From an uncultured candidate division Zixibacteria bacterium (GTDB lineage Bacteria; Zixibacteria; MSB-5A5; RBG-16-43-9), in contig OY970208.1 of assembly GCA_963713865.1 (NCBI GenBank), positions 640,001 through 704,000 of the forward strand: a stretch of 64,000 bases of DNA, given 5' to 3'. Below are positions 59,943 through 64,000 of the stretch, piece by piece. Positions within the stretch are counted from its first letter, which is position 1. The number at the start of each line of letters is the position of its first letter. The position numbers were made by a program, and so were the translations under genes. The notes under the pieces were generated by a model, which worked only from the letters and a program-made list of their open reading frames with translations, was not told where the DNA came from and made no database searches.

Positions 59943-61389
59943 TGTTATAGCAAGATTAAAATGTCCTAATTTCTACAAAGTTAAAATGTCCTGTTTTCAT
60001 GTTTTAGTTAATAGTAGCTTTTGTTCTTTTTGTTCATAAGGTCTATATTGTGAATTAACCTTAAACTTCCGCCAGGGATGATCCACTGGAGGTATATAAG
60101 CCGTTTTGAGTTTTAATATGGGTAGTTTTGGAGTTTCTTTTTCTCTCTTAGGCCTGATGATAATCTCTTTAAACTTCAAGATGGTATCTTTATAGGTAAT
60201 TAGCATAGAGCCATCTATCATATCTTCTACTATCACATTGTTAGTTCTTACATTATCCTTTATCTGATAGAGCCTGTTATTATGCGCTACCGTGAAGTCG
60301 TTCCTTAAAGCCCTTTCGGTCTTAAAGCATAGTATTCGATCCAGGTTAAGAGCTATGGGAACAGGTCTATGAAGATCAAGCTCTTCTGCCGCCCTAAAGC
60401 TGAATCGCTTATTATATATGGGCAGGTAGTATCTTAAGAGTCGATTGGCTTCTTCTATGGTCTTAATACCTCTTAGCCTCATCTCCTTTATTAGGCGATC
60501 CTGGAAAGTCCTGAATTGTCTCTCTATCCTCCCCTTAGCCTGAGGAGAATGGGCATAGATAATCTTAACTCCCAATTCCTTAAAAGCTCTGGCAACCTCA
60601 CTCAACGGCTCTATTCCCTTAAGCTGGTCTTCTATAGAAGGCTTCTTAGTTGATTTATATGTGGTATGCTTGTCTAAATATATGCTCAGCGGAATACCAT
60701 ATTTTTTGATATAACGTTTAAAACTGTCCATAGCTGGAATGGTGCCTTCATAAGGATAAAATCTTGCAAAGACATTACCGGTAGCGTCATCCACATAACC
60801 CATAAGAACACATTCCGGACCCCTGCTCTCCAGCCAATCATGATGAGAACCGTCCAGCTGGATCATCTCGCCAAAATAACGCCTCCTCTGACGCCACTGA
60901 CGATGAGCCTTTCTCTTTCGACCCCGGTACTCTATCCCTTTCTCCTTGAGCCAGTTCCTTAAGGTCTCTCGACTTAAACCTATCTTGTCTATCTCTAAAA
61001 GCTTCTCTGTCGCTAAGGTCGGACCAAATCCTGCATATCTCTCCTCATAAAGCTCAAGAACCCTTGTCTTTATCATATCCGGTGTCATATTATGCGATGG
61101 TTTTCCTCGAGATCTGTGGACTATACCTCGGTCGCCTTCTTCTATCACCCGCTTTATTATTCTTCTGACCTGCCTATCGCTTAAACCTAATATCCCAGCT
61201 GCCTCTACTTGAGTTAAACCCTTGTCAATTGCCTGGTGAATCACATTTATCCTCTTTAGCTCCTCCTGGCTCATCTTTATTATGTCCTTCCCTGCCATAA
61301 TATCCTCCTTTGGAAAAAGATACTATGGCAATCTCTAAATAGGACATTTCTGCTTTGCTAAAACAGGACATTATTATATTGCGATTACA
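59943..61389 (-). mobile_element. IS1202-family (formerly ISNCY) insertion sequence with 16-bp target duplication
   Basis: TGT...ACA ends with paired internal AATGTCC/GGACATT repeats; GGATTTATTTTTAGTA at 59927-59942 and 61390-61405. Confidence 0.92.
59997..61298 (-). CDS. DDE transposase (IS1202/ISNCY)
   Basis: 'QLDGS.HDW', 'VDDAT', 'SPQAKGRIER.F.TFQDRL'. Confidence 0.95.
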   Translation of the reverse strand: MAGKDIIKMSQEELKRINVIHQAIDKGLTQVEAAGILGLSDRQVRRIIKRVIEEGDRGIVHRSRGKPSHNMTPDMIKTRVLELYEERYAGFGPTLATEKLLEIDKIGLSRETLRNWLKEKGIEYRGRKRKAHRQWRQRRRYFGEMIQLDGSHHDWLESRGPECVLMGYVDDATGNVFARFYPYEGTIPAMDSFKRYIKKYGIPLSIYLDKHTTYKSTKKPSIEDQLKGIEPLSEVARAFKELGVKIIYAHSPQAKGRIERQFRTFQDRLIKEMRLRGIKTIEEANRLLRYYLPIYNKRFSFRAAEELDLHRPVPIALNLDRILCFKTERALRNDFTVAHNNRLYQIKDNVRTNNVIVEDMIDGSMLITYKDTILKFKEIIIRPKREKETPKLPILKLKTAYIPPVDHPWRKFKVNSQYRPYEQKEQKLLLTKT

Positions 61390-61609
61390 GGATTTATTTT
61401 TAGTAAGGCAAACCTCCAGCTTTGCTCAGGCAACTCAAAAAAATAGAGACGCATAGCAATGCATCTCTACAAATTCTTTTCCCCTCTCCTCCCAGGAGAG
61501 GGTGAGGCTACCATTTCGCAACCTCATCTTGCTCTAAAAGTGAAATCGTAGGGGCAATGCATGTCCAATTGGATCCATCTCGAAATTGCCCCTACCAGAA
61601 TATTTAATC

Positions 61610-62026
61610 CTACTTCATCTTCAAGAGAGTCTTAAACGAATCCAGATGCCCTTCTTCATCCCCCAGGATTTCTTCAAACAACCTGCGGGTGGTGACATCA
61701 TCTTCTTTATTTGCCAATTTGATGATCCCCTTATAAAGCTTAATAGCATCCAGCTCTGCCGCGATGTTGTCCTTAATCATCTTCGGTAAGCTACCACCAA
61801 CCATAATCGTGGTGGGCTTGGTCGTAGGGGTTCCACCCAGGAAGTTTAACCTCTCCGCAATAGCCTCAGCATGTTTCATCTCCGTAATTGCGGTTTTCTC
61901 AAAAATCCCACTCACCCCCGGGCTTTCCATCCCCTCGCCCATCACATGCTGCCACATATACTGGATGGATACCGCGATCTCCCGGGCAATTGCCTGATTC
62001 AGCCTGTTATTTAGCTCCTTGCTCAT
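61610..62026 (-). CDS. Ferritin-like / bacterioferritin family protein
   Basis: 'E....QY..QH', 'EMKHAE', 'DEEGH'. Confidence 0.9.
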   Translation of the reverse strand: MSKELNNRLNQAIAREIAVSIQYMWQHVMGEGMESPGVSGIFEKTAITEMKHAEAIAERLNFLGGTPTTKPTTIMVGGSLPKMIKDNIAAELDAIKLYKGIIKLANKEDDVTTRRLFEEILGDEEGHLDSFKTLLKMK

Positions 62027-62209
62027 CCTATCCCTCCGTTTTTGATTATGGGTTAACTTATTTATTCTATTTTAATAAAACTACTAATTATAAAGAAAGC
62101 AAGGAAATTTTTGAAGTATAAAAAGATATTTTTTGTTTTCTATCTTATCCTGTCATTGCGAGAAGTCTCGCCGAAGGAGGGACTCGCAATGACGTCCTAT
62201 TAATAGCCT

Positions 62210-63175
62210 TTATTTCTTCCTCAAAAAATCCAACAGATTTTTCATATCCTCTGGCAATTCCGATTCAAATTCCATATATTTTTCAGTTCTCGGATGAACA
62301 AAACCGATTTTTTTTGCATGCAGGGCTTGTCGGTCTATTAATTTCAAGACCTGATTAGCTTGAGTCTGCAAACTTTCCTTTATCATTCCAAGATGCTTTT
62401 TCCTGCCACCATATTCCGGATCGCCCATAATCGGGTGGTTCAGAAACAAAAAATGGACCCTGATCTGATGAGTCCTTCCGGTTTTTAACTTTATGCGGAG
62501 ACGATCTCCGAGTGGAAATCTTTCCAGTACTTCATATTCGGTAATAGCCTCCCTACCGTCTTTTCTTAACACAACCATTTTCTTCCGGTCCTTTACCGAT
62601 CTACCGATCAGAGTCTCAATTATACCCCTTTCCTTGGTGATATTACCCCAGCAGAATGCTGCATATTCTCTGGTTAGAGTTCTTTCTTTAAGTTGAGCGA
62701 CCAAACCATTATGGGCATAATCGTTTTTAGCCACAACTAAAAGTCCGGAGGTATTCTTATCCAGGCGATGGACAATACCTGGACGCAAAACCCCGTTTAT
62801 CCCAGATAAATCTTTGCAGTGAAATAAAAGGGCATTGACTAAAGTATCTTTATAATTCCCGGCAGCAGGATGAATCACCATCCCGACAACTTTGTTCACC
62901 ACCAAAAGGTCTTTATCCTCATAAACAATATCTAAGGGTATATCCTGTGGCTCCAAAGATAATTTCTCGAGTGGTGGAATCTGAATGGAGATTTTCTCTT
63001 CGCCTTTTATCTTGTAATGCGATTTAACCATTCTATCCTGAACTAAAATCTTCCCTTCTTTGATCAACTTCTGAATCCGGGAGCGGGAGAGACCAAGCTC
63101 TTTCTCAGACAAGAATATATCTAACCTTTTGCCTTTATCCTCTGGTGCGGTTATTAATTTAAGAAGCTCATCCAT
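62210..63175 (-). CDS. rluD: RluA/RluD family pseudouridine synthase
   Basis: S4 domain, 'VHRLDKNTSG', 'TGRTHQIR', 'RQALHA'. Confidence 0.92.
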   Translation of the reverse strand: MDELLKLITAPEDKGKRLDIFLSEKELGLSRSRIQKLIKEGKILVQDRMVKSHYKIKGEEKISIQIPPLEKLSLEPQDIPLDIVYEDKDLLVVNKVVGMVIHPAAGNYKDTLVNALLFHCKDLSGINGVLRPGIVHRLDKNTSGLLVVAKNDYAHNGLVAQLKERTLTREYAAFCWGNITKERGIIETLIGRSVKDRKKMVVLRKDGREAITEYEVLERFPLGDRLRIKLKTGRTHQIRVHFLFLNHPIMGDPEYGGRKKHLGMIKESLQTQANQVLKLIDRQALHAKKIGFVHPRTEKYMEFESELPEDMKNLLDFLRKK

Positions 63176-63440
63176 TTAATTTTCACTGGAGTGTAAAGCC
63201 ATCAAGGTCTTGTCCACAGGATCCTGGTGAAGACTTTAGCTTTACAATTTTCTTATTATCTTTTATAAACCTAAAAGTTTATACTCCACCCTCTGGTAGC
63301 GTCCTTTTTCTGTGGTGACGATATACGTTTTTCGTCGTTGCGAGGAGTCCCGCCTTTGGCGTGACGACGAAGCAATCCGTACCTCATTGCGTGAACAGAT
63401 TGCTTCGCAATGACAACTCAAATCTGCTTCGTCTGCTCCA

Positions 63441-63965
63441 TCAATCAGGTGTGAATGCTCCTTTCCGGGGTCTTATCACATACCACAAAATCAATAACAT
63501 TCCTATCGTTACTGCGCCATCTGCAACATTAAAGACTGGCCAGCGGTCTAAATAAATGCCTGAGAAGTTTATATATCCGAATTTAATCGGGGGTATTCGA
63601 ATATCGAAAAAATCAAAATCCAAAAAATCCAATACCTCGCCATATCTGAAGCGGTCTATAAGATTTCCTAAAGCCCCTCCTAAGATCAGGGGAAAAGTAA
63701 AATGTAAAAATTTTTCCTCTTTCTTGCTTTTGAAATAAAACCAGACCGCTACGATTATTGCTAAAACCGAGAGGATGGTATAGAAGATATTGCTGCCTAA
63801 CTTAGTTCCAAAAGCCCCACCGGGATTTAAAACATAGGTTAACCTAAAAAAATTGCCCAAAACCGGGATGGACTCACCCATTTTCATAGATGAGGACACC
63901 ACAGTCTTGGACAATTGATCCAAAACCAATACCAACAGGCTAAACCATAAAAATTTTTTTCCCAA
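63441..63965 (-). CDS. lspA: Lipoprotein signal peptidase
   Basis: 'DQLSK', 'NPGGAFG', 'GALGNLIDR', 'PVFNVAD'. Confidence 0.95.
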   Translation of the reverse strand: MGKKFLWFSLLVLVLDQLSKTVVSSSMKMGESIPVLGNFFRLTYVLNPGGAFGTKLGSNIFYTILSVLAIIVAVWFYFKSKKEEKFLHFTFPLILGGALGNLIDRFRYGEVLDFLDFDFFDIRIPPIKFGYINFSGIYLDRWPVFNVADGAVTIGMLLILWYVIRPRKGAFTPD

Positions 63966-64000
63966 TTCCTAAAAGCTAAAAAGACTATTCGCTCTCCACC

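Overview
Bacterial chromosomal origin region: parB-parA...rsmG-mnmG...mnmE-yidC-yidD-rnpA-rpmH (minus) | dnaA-dnaN-dciA-gyrB-gyrA (plus), flanked by housekeeping genes (nfo, MoxR/DUF58/BatA, thiL, nnr, pyrF/D/K, cobB, rluD, lspA) and one IS1202-family IS. Secreted proteins with 'QNYPNPFN' C-terminal domains suggest an FCB-group candidate phylum such as Zixibacteria (inference only). The main accessory feature is a 7.7-kb integron cassette array between mnmE and mnmG with no integrase in the window. It appears to consist of three stacked modules, each starting with an attI-like site; two end in the same constant flank, and one is preceded by a diverged copy of the mnmE 3' end. The cassettes look defence-oriented: a cholera/pertussis-type R-S-E ADP-ribosyltransferase with an unknown helical partner, a SieB-like protein, two PD-(D/E)XK nucleases, a Zn-ribbon protein and a 2H phosphoesterase. 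Intergenic DNA is rich in nested REP/MITE-like palindromes, and some mini-elements (27 bp and ~18 bp) sit in frame inside gyrA, mnmE and moxR. All calls are by eye; no searches were run.
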